From a virus (taxonomy: Duplodnaviria > Caudoviricetes), in IMG/VR virus record IMGVR_UViG_3300040806_002796, positions 1 through 36,357 of that record: a stretch of DNA of 36,357 nt. One strand, given 5' to 3'. Positions within the stretch are counted from its first letter, which is position 1. Each line of letters opens with the position of its first letter. Position numbers and translations under genes: made by a program. The notes beneath the pieces were generated by a model. It did not search any database, was not told where the DNA came from, and worked only from the letters and a program-made list of their open reading frames with translations. Shown here in pieces: positions 16,220 through 26,346 of the stretch.

Positions 16220-17319
16220 TATAAAGAGAATTTTTTGAACTGACCTTTTTGTACGTCCTGTTTGATACCACCAACGATATATGACTCGACTTCCGTTTCC
16301 TGCGGAGCCACCTGCATACCTTTTGATGACAACCAGTGTTGTGTCCAAGGTAAAGGATTTTGTGATGCTGATACATCATATATTGAATCATAACCTAATG
16401 CTCTCAATCTCTTGTTGGCAATCCATTCTACATATTGTCCTAACAGTTTTTCATTGAGTCCTATTATGGATCCATCTTTGAACAAATGTTTTGCCCATGC
16501 TTTTTCTTCTTCCACACAATCTTTGAACATCTGGATCACAGTTTTTTCTGTGCCTTTCATTGCTTTGGTCATTTCAGGATCATCTCCTTTTTGCCATGCT
16601 TTGATCACGTGTGTGGATAAGTTTAAATGTGTGGCTTCATCTCTAGCAATCAATGACAGTATTTTTGCTGAACCTTCCATTAATTTAAGTTCGCCGAATG
16701 CAAATGTACATGCAAATGATATGTAAAATCTTAATCCTTCTAGGAGATTTACTGTGTTCATTGCTAGATACAGTTGTCTTTTAAGATCAATCATATCAAC
16801 TTTTTTGCCCACAGCATAATCCAAAGCCATCTTGCCAAACTTATCATATTCACCTGTAACTGACTGTGCTCTTTTTAAAATTTCTTTATCGTCTAAAATA
16901 GTGTCAAACACTTCCGAAGGATCTGAGTACACGTTTTTCATTATGTGTGTGTATGAACGTGAGTGAATAGTTTCAAAGAAATCCCAAGTAACAATACATC
17001 CTTCCAGTTCTGGATTAGAAACATATGGCAGGAACATAAGGCTTGGTCCTCTGCCCTGCACTGAATCCAACAGTGTCTGATACTTTAGGTTTGATGTGAA
17101 TATGTGTTTTTGTTCTGGTCTGAAACTTTGATAATCTGCTCTGTCTTTCTGCAAACTTACTTCCTCTGGTCTCCAAAAATATCCTATCATGGTTTGGTTC
17201 AGTTTGTCAAACTGTGGATATTTAAAATCGTCATACCTTTGCACACCGCCATCTGCTCCAAAGAACATGGGCTGTTTTAGGTAATCTATTTTTTGTTTAT
17301 TGAATACTGTCTTTGTCAT
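16219..17319 (-). CDS. nrdB: Ribonucleotide reductase class Ia beta subunit
   Basis: FWRPEEV, LLDSVQGR, ETIHSRSY, EGLRFY.SF, RDEATH and VAPQETEVESY. Confidence 0.97.
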   Translation of the reverse strand: MTKTVFNKQKIDYLKQPMFFGADGGVQRYDDFKYPQFDKLNQTMIGYFWRPEEVSLQKDRADYQSFRPEQKHIFTSNLKYQTLLDSVQGRGPSLMFLPYVSNPELEGCIVTWDFFETIHSRSYTHIMKNVYSDPSEVFDTILDDKEILKRAQSVTGEYDKFGKMALDYAVGKKVDMIDLKRQLYLAMNTVNLLEGLRFYISFACTFAFGELKLMEGSAKILSLIARDEATHLNLSTHVIKAWQKGDDPEMTKAMKGTEKTVIQMFKDCVEEEKAWAKHLFKDGSIIGLNEKLLGQYVEWIANKRLRALGYDSIYDVSASQNPLPWTQHWLSSKGMQVAPQETEVESYIVGGIKQDVQKGQFKKFSL

Positions 17320-17360
17320 CTTGTTTAGTTATCCGTTTCTTATTAAAATCTTATATGCCG

Positions 17361-19751
17361 TTATATTGTACAGGCATCGCATTCGTCGCCTTCCAAATCT
17401 TCTGATTGTTTCTCGGTTCCTTGACCATTAACACCATTTAGATGAGCACCATTTACTTTTGGTTCAACAGTGTCTATGCCTGCTGGTTGCACATCTTCTT
17501 CTTCACCTTTGAAGTCGTAGGTGTTTTGATAGTAACTGGTTTTCCAACCATATTTGTATGCTGACAGCATGTCTTGTGCCATTGCTGAAATAGGCACTTC
17601 GTTGTTGTCATAGTGCAATGGATTGTAACTCCAATTGCCTGATATGGCTTGATCAAAATATTTCTGCATCATAGCAACCACATTGATGTAACCTGTGTTG
17701 TCTGGCATATCCCAAAGCAATGTGTAAGCATTTTTAAGTTTAGGGTAGCCTGGTGCTATCTGTTTCAGTGGACCTTTCTTACTTTTCTTAATTGCCATTA
17801 ATGCTCTTGGTGGTTCTATACCATTTGTTTCGTTTGAAACAACGGAAGAACTCTCACTTGGCATCTGTGCTGACAGTGTGCTGTGTCTCAGTCCATGTTT
17901 GGCAATGTCTTTTCTCAATGATTCCCATGCCATTCTCTGTTTGTGTGGCACGATCTTGTCCACATCTTTCTTGTAGTGGTCAATTGGCAACAACCCGTCT
18001 GCGTATTTTGTCTGTTTAAATCCTTCACAAGCACCTTTTTCCTGTGCTATTTTGTTAGATGCTTTTAATAGATAGAATTGAAATGCTTCAGACAATCTGT
18101 CCACAGAATCCCAAGCACCTTTCTCATGATATTTGTGTCCTTGTTTTGCTAGGTAGTGTGCTAGTCCAATATATCCTATGCCTAAACTTCTTCTAGATTT
18201 TGTAGATATCTCTGCCGCTTTCACAGGATAATCTTGATACTCTATAATTTCTTCCAATGCTCTAACTGCCAATTCACATAAGTTTTCTAAATCGTCAAGG
18301 TTGTTTAATTGTCCAACGTTGATTGCACTCAGTATACACAGTGCTATTTCTCCTTGCGAATCATCTATTGCACTGATAGGCGTTGTGGGCAGTGTGATCT
18401 CTTGACACAAATTACTCATTGATACTTTGTCTTTGAATGAACTGTGTGAGTTACAATGATCCAAATTCATGATGTAGATACGTCCTGTTTCTGCTCTTTC
18501 TTTTAACAAGTCAGAAAATAAATCTTGTGCTGGTATTGTCTTTTTATTAACTGATGAATCTTTTTCATATTTTTTATATAGTGCATCAAATGAATCGGTA
18601 CCAAATGCATCATATAATCCTGGTGCATCATGTGGTGAGAATAATGTAATATCTTCATCGTTCATAAATCTTTCATAGAAAAGTTTTGTAATCTGTATTG
18701 AATAATCTAACTTACGCACTCTGTTGTCTTCTGTGCCTTTGTTGTTCTTAAGCACAAGGATGTCTTCAATCTCTTGGTGCCATATAGGAAAGTGTACAGT
18801 TGCTGATCCACCACGCACACCATTTTGTGTACAACATCTCACAGTTGATTCGAACTTTTTAAGGAACGGAATCACTCCTGTGTGTTGTACCTCTCCACCT
18901 CTAATTTTGGCATTGATACCTCTGATACGTCCTGCATTGATTCCTATACCTGCTCTTCTGGCAACATACAATCCAATTGCCATGTCACTTGAAAATATTG
19001 AAGGCAATGTGTCATCTGAATCTATCAATACGCATGAAGCAAATTGTCTAATAGGAGTTCTTACTCCTGCCATCACTGGCGTTGGAATATTGATTTTAAA
19101 TGTTGATACAGCATCGTAGTATTTTTTAACATAACTCATTCTTGTTTTTGCTGGATATTCTGCAAACAGTGTTGCCGCAATCATCATGTACATGTCTTGT
19201 GGAGTTTCAAATAAATCTCCTGATGATCTATCTTGCACAAGATATTTGTCTACCACTTGTCTTAAACCTGCATATGTAAAATCAAGATCTCTTTCTCTCT
19301 TGATCCATGTGTTCATTTTTTTAATTTCTGTTTTATTGTATTTTTCCACAATGCCTTTATCGTAAACACCTGCTTTGATATTTCTTAAAATTAATTTTAA
19401 CAGTGGCATGTATTCATACTGACCATGTGCTTCTTTACGCACATCATATGAAAGTAATCTTGCCGCGGCATATTGATAGTTGGGTGCTTCTAATGAAATA
19501 AGATCGTTTGCTGAACGCACTAAAATTTGTTGAACTTCTTTTGTGGTCATGCCATCATAGAATTGTATGTTGGCATTAATTTCTATTTGTGATGAAGACA
19601 CACCTGCTAATCCTTCACAGGCTTCCTCCACAACAAAATGAATTTTGTCTATGTCAAGTGGTTCTAGTCTACCATCTCTCTTTGTGATTTTTATTGCAGA
19701 TTTATTTGTGATTATTTCTTTATTAGGTGTATTCAATTCCATTATATTCAA
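17361..19751 (-). CDS. nrdA: Ribonucleotide reductase class Ia alpha subunit with ATP cone
   Basis: ITKRDG ATP cone, PTPVMAG, SCVLI, SNLCQEI, KTSYY and C-terminal CDAC. Confidence 0.97.
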   Translation of the reverse strand: MNIMELNTPNKEIITNKSAIKITKRDGRLEPLDIDKIHFVVEEACEGLAGVSSSQIEINANIQFYDGMTTKEVQQILVRSANDLISLEAPNYQYAAARLLSYDVRKEAHGQYEYMPLLKLILRNIKAGVYDKGIVEKYNKTEIKKMNTWIKRERDLDFTYAGLRQVVDKYLVQDRSSGDLFETPQDMYMMIAATLFAEYPAKTRMSYVKKYYDAVSTFKINIPTPVMAGVRTPIRQFASCVLIDSDDTLPSIFSSDMAIGLYVARRAGIGINAGRIRGINAKIRGGEVQHTGVIPFLKKFESTVRCCTQNGVRGGSATVHFPIWHQEIEDILVLKNNKGTEDNRVRKLDYSIQITKLFYERFMNDEDITLFSPHDAPGLYDAFGTDSFDALYKKYEKDSSVNKKTIPAQDLFSDLLKERAETGRIYIMNLDHCNSHSSFKDKVSMSNLCQEITLPTTPISAIDDSQGEIALCILSAINVGQLNNLDDLENLCELAVRALEEIIEYQDYPVKAAEISTKSRRSLGIGYIGLAHYLAKQGHKYHEKGAWDSVDRLSEAFQFYLLKASNKIAQEKGACEGFKQTKYADGLLPIDHYKKDVDKIVPHKQRMAWESLRKDIAKHGLRHSTLSAQMPSESSSVVSNETNGIEPPRALMAIKKSKKGPLKQIAPGYPKLKNAYTLLWDMPDNTGYINVVAMMQKYFDQAISGNWSYNPLHYDNNEVPISAMAQDMLSAYKYGWKTSYYQNTYDFKGEEEDVQPAGIDTVEPKVNGAHLNGVNGQGTEKQSEDLEGDECDACTI

Positions 19752-19792
19752 TTCTATTTTTATTCTATCTATTGTGTGTATTTAAGCAATTT

Positions 19793-20269
19793 TTATATAA
19801 GTTGAGTATATTGCTGAATGCATGTTTTGTCAAATGTTTTTTCATCAAATATATCCACATTGTTAACATCCAAAAATTTATTTTGGCACTGTATTACGAA
19901 GTAAAACTTAAGGTTGTTTTTGTTTTGTTGCTTGTTAATAACATTAATTATCGAAATTTTTTTTTTATTAAAACACTCTGTTAATTTTAAAGTGTATGCA
20001 ATGCCCAGTACTGTGTCAAAAAAAGAATAATTATTTTTTTCTAACAGTTGCCATGGTGTTGGCCAGGTATCTTTTTTATAATAGTCTGTGTTGGTCTTTG
20101 TCTGAGGACAACTTTTATAAACATTTACCACGTTTTTTAAAAAAGTTTCAGAGTTTTCAGCAGTGGCTCGCAGATCTCTCCATGCAATTACTCTGTTTTC
20201 ATAACTGCTTTGAAATAATTTTTGATTAAAAGGTTGATCTGATTGATAAATTGAGTGTACCCAAGTCAT
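19793..20269 (-). CDS. Hypothetical protein (start uncertain)
   Basis: WPTPWQLL motif; the ATG start lies 44 nt inside the upstream gene. Confidence 0.6.
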   Translation of the reverse strand: MTWVHSIYQSDQPFNQKLFQSSYENRVIAWRDLRATAENSETFLKNVVNVYKSCPQTKTNTDYYKKDTWPTPWQLLEKNNYSFFDTVLGIAYTLKLTECFNKKKISIINVINKQQNKNNLKFYFVIQCQNKFLDVNNVDIFDEKTFDKTCIQQYTQLI

Positions 20270-21860
20270 TTAATAGTGAGTATTCTGCTAGTATGAATAA
20301 TGTGTTGTTGTTTGCTTCGCCTAATTGTGCTGTAAAAATAGGATTGTGTGGATCAATTTGTGTGCCACTGTATCTGAATTCGTCATCAATAGACACTGTG
20401 TCATTTTGTTTATCAACGTTAATGCTTAAAGAGCCTGTTCTTTCATTATCATAATCTCTGCTTTTGAACACATAAGATATTTCTATATTTTTTGAAACAT
20501 CAGATGGTAATCTAAAAATTGTTTGAGCTGTTTGCGTGTATGGTACTTCTACTTGTAATGTTTGATTGAACTCTCCAGAATGATGTCCTGTGATTTCTGG
20601 AACATATTGGAAACCCACAGCATATGAAGAATTCACTGCCATTGGATGTGTTCTTGCAAAAAAGTCTCCTTCACTTTTGTTGCCCACAGATTTAAAATCA
20701 ATCACAGCAAAAGTAGGAGTTGGTGATTCTATGACTCCAACACCACCATCAGTGCCGCCATCATTTCCTACACTAACGTAACTGTTTTTCGAACTGGTAT
20801 TTTGTTCACCGTTAAAAATAATCATTCCGTTTTTGTCTATGTCTGTAAATTTGTTAGAAATAAAGTTGTTGCCTTTAGGACCATTTGTTAATCCTGATTG
20901 CGGAGATTGGCTTGTGTCTTCGCCTAACGAAATTCCATATCCGCACATGTCAATTGTGCCATTTGAAAACACATTGTCTATCATCAAAGATGTATACAGA
21001 CTTTTTACAGCATATGAAAAACCTTCAATTCTTATTCTGTTGAATATATTTTTTGCACAGTTGGCTATAGGTGCATTAGTGGATTGACTGACTAAACTTA
21101 TTCCAATATTATTGTCGTCGATCGATGCACCACTGACCCAATCAGATTTAATCTTAATGTCTTTGAATTCACTGTTGGAACAATCTGTCAAAAGTAAACC
21201 TATGTTTGCTCCTGATGTTTCCAAAGTCATTCCTTCAAGTCTGATTTCTCTTGCTTGATTAAGAGTGGTTGTTTGTGTTTGATCTCCATCACTGGATGTT
21301 GTTCTTAAATCATTCACAGTTTCAAAAATAGGATTATTTGACGTTTGAATGAACACTGTTTTGTCACTGCCTTCACCCACAACGTTTGTGTGGGGAGGTA
21401 TTTTAATACTGTTGGATAATCTATATTCGCCTGCAGGCACTTTAAGTATTACTCTTGAAACAGGTGAAGATTTATTTGTGTTAGCAAATAATTCATCTAT
21501 TGCTTTTTGAATTTTTACTGTTTGGTCTGTGTTGTCACCTTTTGCTCCGAATGAACGCACAGTTACAGATTCATCTAATCTTTCTTGTAGAGTTCTAGTG
21601 ATTTCAGGATCACCTGTTGATGGTTCAGCAACATCTTTCTTATATTGATATTGATCAGCAAGGTCAAATAGATTGCTTTTGGTTGATAGTAATTCAGTGT
21701 TTCCAACTGCTGGAGCACCTTCTGAAACAGCACCGTTACCAACATATAATTTTTGTGTGTCTACTGCCCAAGCAAGTTCTCCACCTGCTAGTTGAGGCAA
21801 ACCGTCCACACTCTCTTTACCTCTTCTGATCTGTATTCTTGATATTGATACTATTGCCAT
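20226..21860 (-). CDS. Virion structural / tail-fibre-like protein with pectin-lyase-like beta-helix
   Basis: N-terminal RIQIRRG..LPQLAGGELAWAVDTQKLYVGNG; TLQERLD..VTVRSFGAKGD..DQT..IQKAID; TAAATA upstream. Confidence 0.75.
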   Translation of the reverse strand: MAIVSISRIQIRRGKESVDGLPQLAGGELAWAVDTQKLYVGNGAVSEGAPAVGNTELLSTKSNLFDLADQYQYKKDVAEPSTGDPEITRTLQERLDESVTVRSFGAKGDNTDQTVKIQKAIDELFANTNKSSPVSRVILKVPAGEYRLSNSIKIPPHTNVVGEGSDKTVFIQTSNNPIFETVNDLRTTSSDGDQTQTTTLNQAREIRLEGMTLETSGANIGLLLTDCSNSEFKDIKIKSDWVSGASIDDNNIGISLVSQSTNAPIANCAKNIFNRIRIEGFSYAVKSLYTSLMIDNVFSNGTIDMCGYGISLGEDTSQSPQSGLTNGPKGNNFISNKFTDIDKNGMIIFNGEQNTSSKNSYVSVGNDGGTDGGVGVIESPTPTFAVIDFKSVGNKSEGDFFARTHPMAVNSSYAVGFQYVPEITGHHSGEFNQTLQVEVPYTQTAQTIFRLPSDVSKNIEISYVFKSRDYDNERTGSLSINVDKQNDTVSIDDEFRYSGTQIDPHNPIFTAQLGEANNNTLFILAEYSLLNDLGTLNLSIRSTF

Positions 21861-21913
21861 TTAAACTCCTTGCAGAGTATTTATCTGGTGATTGATTTTT
21901 AATATGTGTCCAA

Positions 21914-22597
21914 TTAAACTGCGTGTTTAAGGTAGTATTCTTCCACTCTATTCCACCATGCTTTTTTGTATTTGTCGTAATCATTGGGTGAAATATCAAA
22001 CTGCTGATATTGAAATTCTCTACTGCACATCAACACATGCCCTGATTTTATGTTTGTGCCATACACTTCGTTGTGAGCTTCTGCATACGCAACCAACTGT
22101 AAAAAATAATCTTCTATGTACTCTTTCTTTTTGGGTTTGTTGGTTTGTTTAAAGTCCATGATTGCTGGCTCACCGTTCATTGTGCCTATAAGGTCAGTGG
22201 TGCCTGCATAAATTCTGGGATGATAAAGATTAATTTCTGAACCCCATATTTCGTCTACAAATTTTAAACCTTTCTCTTTAACAATCTTAGCCATTTTTGA
22301 TGCTTGTTGACTGTAAGGGTTTGATCCTGGATCTTTCCATTCTCCAGTAACAATGTAATCTTCTAAAAATTTGTGCATTCTTGTACCAATACCACTGGCT
22401 TCTTTAGTAATCATTGCGGCAGTTTTTTCACCTACTCTTTTACGCCATTCTTTTAAAAATGTTTTGTCTTTGGTACTGTCTAATATTGTGGTTACACTGG
22501 CAACTGCATTGCCGTCTGGACATGTGTACATTCTTCTACCATTCACGTTAGCACGTGATATTTCTTTGTAATCAAATTTTTTTTGGATTAGTGTCAT
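21914..22597 (-). CDS. PD-(D/E)XK exonuclease
   Basis: SVTTIL, GTRMH, E..YAGTTDL..IMDFKQ and QLVAYA; TTGACA-17 nt-TATTAT upstream. Confidence 0.85.
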   Translation of the reverse strand: MTLIQKKFDYKEISRANVNGRRMYTCPDGNAVASVTTILDSTKDKTFLKEWRKRVGEKTAAMITKEASGIGTRMHKFLEDYIVTGEWKDPGSNPYSQQASKMAKIVKEKGLKFVDEIWGSEINLYHPRIYAGTTDLIGTMNGEPAIMDFKQTNKPKKKEYIEDYFLQLVAYAEAHNEVYGTNIKSGHVLMCSREFQYQQFDISPNDYDKYKKAWWNRVEEYYLKHAV

Positions 22598-22661
22598 GAG
22601 AATAGTGTTTGAAATATTTCTTTTTTAATTTAATAATACAACGAAAAATTAAAGTTGTCAA

Positions 22662-22991
22662 TTACTTTCTTTTGGCAGTGGCACGTTTTGCCATTTTCTC
22701 TACACTATCGGAAGATTTCTTAGCATCTACAGGTTCTGCATCAGAGTCTGCTTTGGTTTTAAGATGCACTGTGGTAGAGTCGAACTTTTTAACAAGATTT
22801 TTGAATTCTGGATTGCTATCATAGTATTGCTTGAAAGCATCATAACTGATGTTGGAGCCTCCAACGTTGCTTAACAATTTGCTCAAAGCCTGATAGTTAA
22901 GTATTGCAGGTTGAGAATTTGTGTCTGCTGTTGATATTAAATTTCTAAATATCTGAATTATTTTTGTGTCGGAGGCTTCCGAAATTAAGCC
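22662..22991 (-). CDS. Start-less ORF, probable -1 frameshift extension of the upstream gene
   Basis: The frame is open from a TAG at ~23004 (GLISEASDTKIIQIFRNLIST...) with no ATG/GTG/TTG until TTG 22886. Confidence 0.6.
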   Translation of the reverse strand, partial: GLISEASDTKIIQIFRNLISTADTNSQPAILNYQALSKLLSNVGGSNISYDAFKQYYDSNPEFKNLVKKFDSTTVHLKTKADSDAEPVDAKKSSDSVEKMAKRATAKRK

Positions 22992-24157
22992 TTTTTTTTT
23001 GAGCTAGATAAAACTTCTGCTAATCTTCTTGACAGTCTTGCTATAGATTCTCTTTTGCCTCTATCTGCTGGTTCTTCACCGCCTGTTGCAGGTTCACTTG
23101 CTGAGAAGTCGTCTGCTTGATCTGGCATGTCGTCATCACTTGCTGGTTCTTCTGCTGGTACCTCAGGTTCAGCACCCATCTGTGTTGGTGCTTGTTCGCC
23201 TGTTACAATGGCTACGCCACCGGTTAGTGAATCTCTAGTTGTTTCTAGTGTTGAGTATAAACTCTCTAGTGCTGGTTTAATTTGATTTTCAAATGCCTCT
23301 GATTTGTCAGAACCTAATTCGTCTCTAATTGCATCTGTTAATTCTAACATGCCTTCTGACATCATGCTGGCTGTGTCTTCCATCCAACCTGTTATTTTAT
23401 CAACCATGTCTTTAGACGCCATTACTAATTGTGCTTGGTCTTCTGCACCTTCTTTAACTTCTTTTTTCTTTTTGTCTTGCATTGCTTTCTTCATTGGCTC
23501 TTTTTTATCGCCATCTTTGTCCATATCTAAAAAGTCTGGTTTTGCTTTTTCATTCATTGTAGATGCTAATAAATCTTCTGCATCTTTAAGTGTGAAATTT
23601 TTATCACCAACTTTAAACTTATCGCCTGGTTTCATGCCAGCCGCTTTGGCTTTTGCAACTGCTTGAGCAAATGCATTGCCTTCCATTGGTCCGTCTTGCA
23701 TTGCCAATTGACGTTGCATAGCCGTTAAACCTTTTTTAGCAAGATCATCTATAATTCTTTTTATTTCTGATTGTGCATATGAATCATCTTCCATGTCATA
23801 AAGTTTTTGTAAATCTGCTTTTGCTTCCTCATCACTTGATGCATTGGTTATGATATTTTCTGCATCGCCTAGTGCAATATCAAAAGCATTGCCACCTTCA
23901 TTGGTTTTTCTTTCTTCCAATGCTCTGTCTAGCAAGTCTAATAACATTCTTTGTTTTTGATAATCTTCTGAGTCACTCAATTTGTCAAAACTGATAGCAT
24001 TTTGTATTTGGCTCAGTTTGCCCAAAACTTTTTCTTTGGTATTTTCTAATTGTTCTGTAGTAAATGAGTTAAGATTGACTTTTTCCCCAAATATCTGTGC
24101 AAACTTTTCGTTCACTGTATCTGCTGTAATCTGTGCGTTTAATTGATCAAGTTTCAT
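22985..24157 (-). CDS. Prohead core / scaffold-like protein
   Basis: Helical acidic protein with several (N/M/K)EG sites, DFLDMDKDGDKKE and a low-complexity acidic tail; late cluster. Function is inferred. Confidence 0.5.
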   Translation of the reverse strand: MKLDQLNAQITADTVNEKFAQIFGEKVNLNSFTTEQLENTKEKVLGKLSQIQNAISFDKLSDSEDYQKQRMLLDLLDRALEERKTNEGGNAFDIALGDAENIITNASSDEEAKADLQKLYDMEDDSYAQSEIKRIIDDLAKKGLTAMQRQLAMQDGPMEGNAFAQAVAKAKAAGMKPGDKFKVGDKNFTLKDAEDLLASTMNEKAKPDFLDMDKDGDKKEPMKKAMQDKKKKEVKEGAEDQAQLVMASKDMVDKITGWMEDTASMMSEGMLELTDAIRDELGSDKSEAFENQIKPALESLYSTLETTRDSLTGGVAIVTGEQAPTQMGAEPEVPAEEPASDDDMPDQADDFSASEPATGGEEPADRGKRESIARLSRRLAEVLSSSKKKA

Positions 24158-24177
24158 AATTTTTTTTAGTTACGTTT

Positions 24178-24600
24178 TTATTTATCAAACACAATGTCTA
24201 ACAGTGCCTGCTTGATTGTATTTAAATCTTCCCAAGCAATTTGATATCTAATTGTGGCTGTTTGTTTATACTCTTCTTCATCACTGTTCTCTAATATACG
24301 TTTATAATTGAGGCATTCTAGGTACTTTTCTTGCAGTTTACGGTCCATTCTTAAAATGTATTGGGTATTGCCATCACCTTTGGTGTTGCTCACAGCACAT
24401 GCAACAGCACCTGTTTTACTGAAGAAAGTGCCTATCTGTTTATTGTAACGCAAATCAATCACTAGATGATTGTGCTTGTTGGTTCGTATTACTGTGTGTT
24501 TGATTCTCACACTGTTGCCTTTTTGAATAGGCACACAATACTTTTGTACAGACTTATCTATTAGTTCAGCAAGTTTCTCGCTTAATTTTTTCTGGGTCAT
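24178..24600 (-). CDS. Hypothetical protein
   Basis: ORF in the late gene run. Confidence 0.65.
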   Translation of the reverse strand: MTQKKLSEKLAELIDKSVQKYCVPIQKGNSVRIKHTVIRTNKHNHLVIDLRYNKQIGTFFSKTGAVACAVSNTKGDGNTQYILRMDRKLQEKYLECLNYKRILENSDEEEYKQTATIRYQIAWEDLNTIKQALLDIVFDK

Positions 24601-24793
24601 TGACTACCAACATTATGGAGTCTTTCATTTGAATTTTGGTCAGTAAACCTTTTCTAATAAGAGACTCTGCAACAAATTTTTCTCTCTCTGCCAGCATGGA
24701 TATTGCCATAGGTTTATCCATTTTTCTCAACAGATCCACTTCCTCATTGGAAGTATAGATATAAAATTTATCTATCAGTTGATTTATCTTCAC
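24566..24793 (-). CDS. Small hypothetical protein
   Basis: MKINQL...SNEE..LL; coupled to the upstream gene. Confidence 0.6.
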   Translation of the reverse strand: MKINQLIDKFYIYTSNEEVDLLRKMDKPMAISMLAEREKFVAESLIRKGLLTKIQMKDSIMLVVNDPEKIKRETC

Positions 24794-25173
24794 TAGTTTT
24801 GGCTCCTCACTCTACGCATGATATTGGTCACCACTGGTTCAAGGTCTTGTTTGTTAATTGTGGTTGTGGTAGGCTCTCCAGGTTTTGGTCTTGGATTCTT
24901 TAGTGTGACTGTTTTGTTGTCCACTTTATCTATTTCAAAATCTTGTTCTCTGTTAGGACTAACAGGCATGGGAATCTTAGCACCTTTTTTCAACAGTTGT
25001 TGGCTGAGTTGTTTGTCCATTCTTTGTCCTACTGATTTTGTACCTGCGGACTTGATTGTGCCACTGGGTAAGGAATTGGGTGGAACTGGCTTGCCAGATT
25101 TCAATCTGTTGGCTCCTATCTTTTGCAACATTTGTTTTAGATAAGGCGATTCAATTATTTCTTTGTATCTCAT
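24793..25173 (-). CDS. Hypothetical late protein
   Basis: Start at MRYKEIIES (ATG 25173). Confidence 0.65.
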   Translation of the reverse strand: MRYKEIIESPYLKQMLQKIGANRLKSGKPVPPNSLPSGTIKSAGTKSVGQRMDKQLSQQLLKKGAKIPMPVSPNREQDFEIDKVDNKTVTLKNPRPKPGEPTTTTINKQDLEPVVTNIMRRVRSQN

Positions 25174-25174
25174 A

Positions 25175-25522
25175 TTATTTTCTAATTGGCTTTCTTTTGG
25201 CGTACCCGGCTGATCTACCTGGTTTAGCAATTTTAATTCTTTTCATAGATGTGGGTTTGTTCAAAGCACCAATACGTCTTGACTGTGTTGCTCTTTTGGT
25301 TCTTGCTGTTTTAACTCTTATGGTAGAACCTCTTCTTGCTTTTGCTTTTTTAAGAGCAAATACTGAACTGGCTTTTTTAGGTTGTGTACACACACTGGGT
25401 TTTGAAACAATTCTGTTTTTTCTTGCACCCGATGTGCATCTGTACTTTCGCACCATCTTGCCGCCAGAACGACTCCATATCTGTACAACGCCTTCAGTCT
25501 GAACTACTTCTTTTATAAGCAT
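25175..25522 (-). CDS. Highly basic late protein
   Basis: Arg/Lys-rich with two Cys (YRCTSG..PSVC); TAAATA upstream. Confidence 0.65.
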   Translation of the reverse strand: MLIKEVVQTEGVVQIWSRSGGKMVRKYRCTSGARKNRIVSKPSVCTQPKKASSVFALKKAKARRGSTIRVKTARTKRATQSRRIGALNKPTSMKRIKIAKPGRSAGYAKRKPIRK

Positions 25523-25555
25523 AGCAGTATTTAGTAAGTTTGGGGGATTGGATTT

Positions 25556-25789
25556 TTATCCAGGGAATTTTAACAACAGCACAACAATGGTGCTTAACAG
25601 TCCAGCAACTATCGTACCTGTGGCACCAATGATCACTTTGACCATGCTTTTGTTGCCATGTTGAATATCAGTGTGGATATCTTCCACCTTTTCCTCAATT
25701 TTGTCCAAACGAGTCTCAAGGTTCTTATATCTTTGTTCACACAAATCAACGTGTGCTTCTAGGTTTTGTTTTTCTAATTCGGTCGCCAT
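25556..25789 (-). CDS. Coiled-coil protein with C-terminal TM (XhlA/holin-like architecture)
   Basis: LEAHVDLCEQRY..LETRLDKIEEKV followed by a TM segment; GAGGAG SD. Confidence 0.6.
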   Translation of the reverse strand: MATELEKQNLEAHVDLCEQRYKNLETRLDKIEEKVEDIHTDIQHGNKSMVKVIIGATGTIVAGLLSTIVVLLLKFPG

Positions 25790-25909
25790 TTTTCTCCTCG
25801 CTTCCAATTTGTTTTTTCTCTGTGGAAGAGGCCTTTGTTAGCCTAGTGTGTTTGTGTTTTTTAAGCGCCTAAAATATTTTTTAACAAAGTTATTTATATT
25901 ATATTATTT

Positions 25910-26311
25910 CTAATTATCAGAAGAGTTAATGAAAAGGATATTGCAGGTTTCATCATTCTTGGTGCTGAACATGTCGGAATGCTGATCTATACTTTCATCC
26001 AACTGATTGATCATGGGCACCATGTCAAAATCCTCCATCAGCATCTCTTTGGTCACAGCATCTGGTCTGTCAGGTGTTGCTGTTACAGTCCATATCTTTT
26101 GTTTTCCTACATACTGTTTGCCAAACATGTATTGATCCACAATGTCTTCTGACACAGACACATTTGAAAATTCCATGTTGGTTCTCAGCATGGCACAGTT
26201 TTGAAAAGTCATCCAATTGCTCTGTTGGTCCACTTGTAAACTATCATTCTGCTTGCCACGATTCTTTCCCGTTTGGGTTATGTCTATTAATGTGTGTATT
26301 TTGTAACTCAT
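25910..26311 (-). CDS. Hypothetical protein
   Basis: TLIDITQTG...QQSNW.T; intact ORF. Confidence 0.65.
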   Translation of the reverse strand: MSYKIHTLIDITQTGKNRGKQNDSLQVDQQSNWMTFQNCAMLRTNMEFSNVSVSEDIVDQYMFGKQYVGKQKIWTVTATPDRPDAVTKEMLMEDFDMVPMINQLDESIDQHSDMFSTKNDETCNILFINSSDN

Positions 26312-26346
26312 ATGTCTATTCTCTTGACTGTGTTACTTATAGTCAC

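Noticed and set aside
16219-19751. Intron or intein in nrdA/nrdB
   Set aside because: Both frames are continuous, of normal length, and lack splicing or homing-endonuclease motifs.
19957-19966. A10 tract as a recoding site
   Set aside because: Lys-codon run in AT-rich DNA with no stimulator or orphan frame. Such runs are common here, which also weakens the 7994 and 8356 candidates.
21914-22597. Cas4 / CRISPR system
   Set aside because: No Fe-S cysteine set, other cas genes or repeat-spacer array in the window; an ordinary phage exonuclease.
22662-22886. Independent 74-aa gene starting at TTG 22886
   Set aside because: No SD, and it leaves 35 protein-like open codons upstream unexplained; a frameshift extension fits better.
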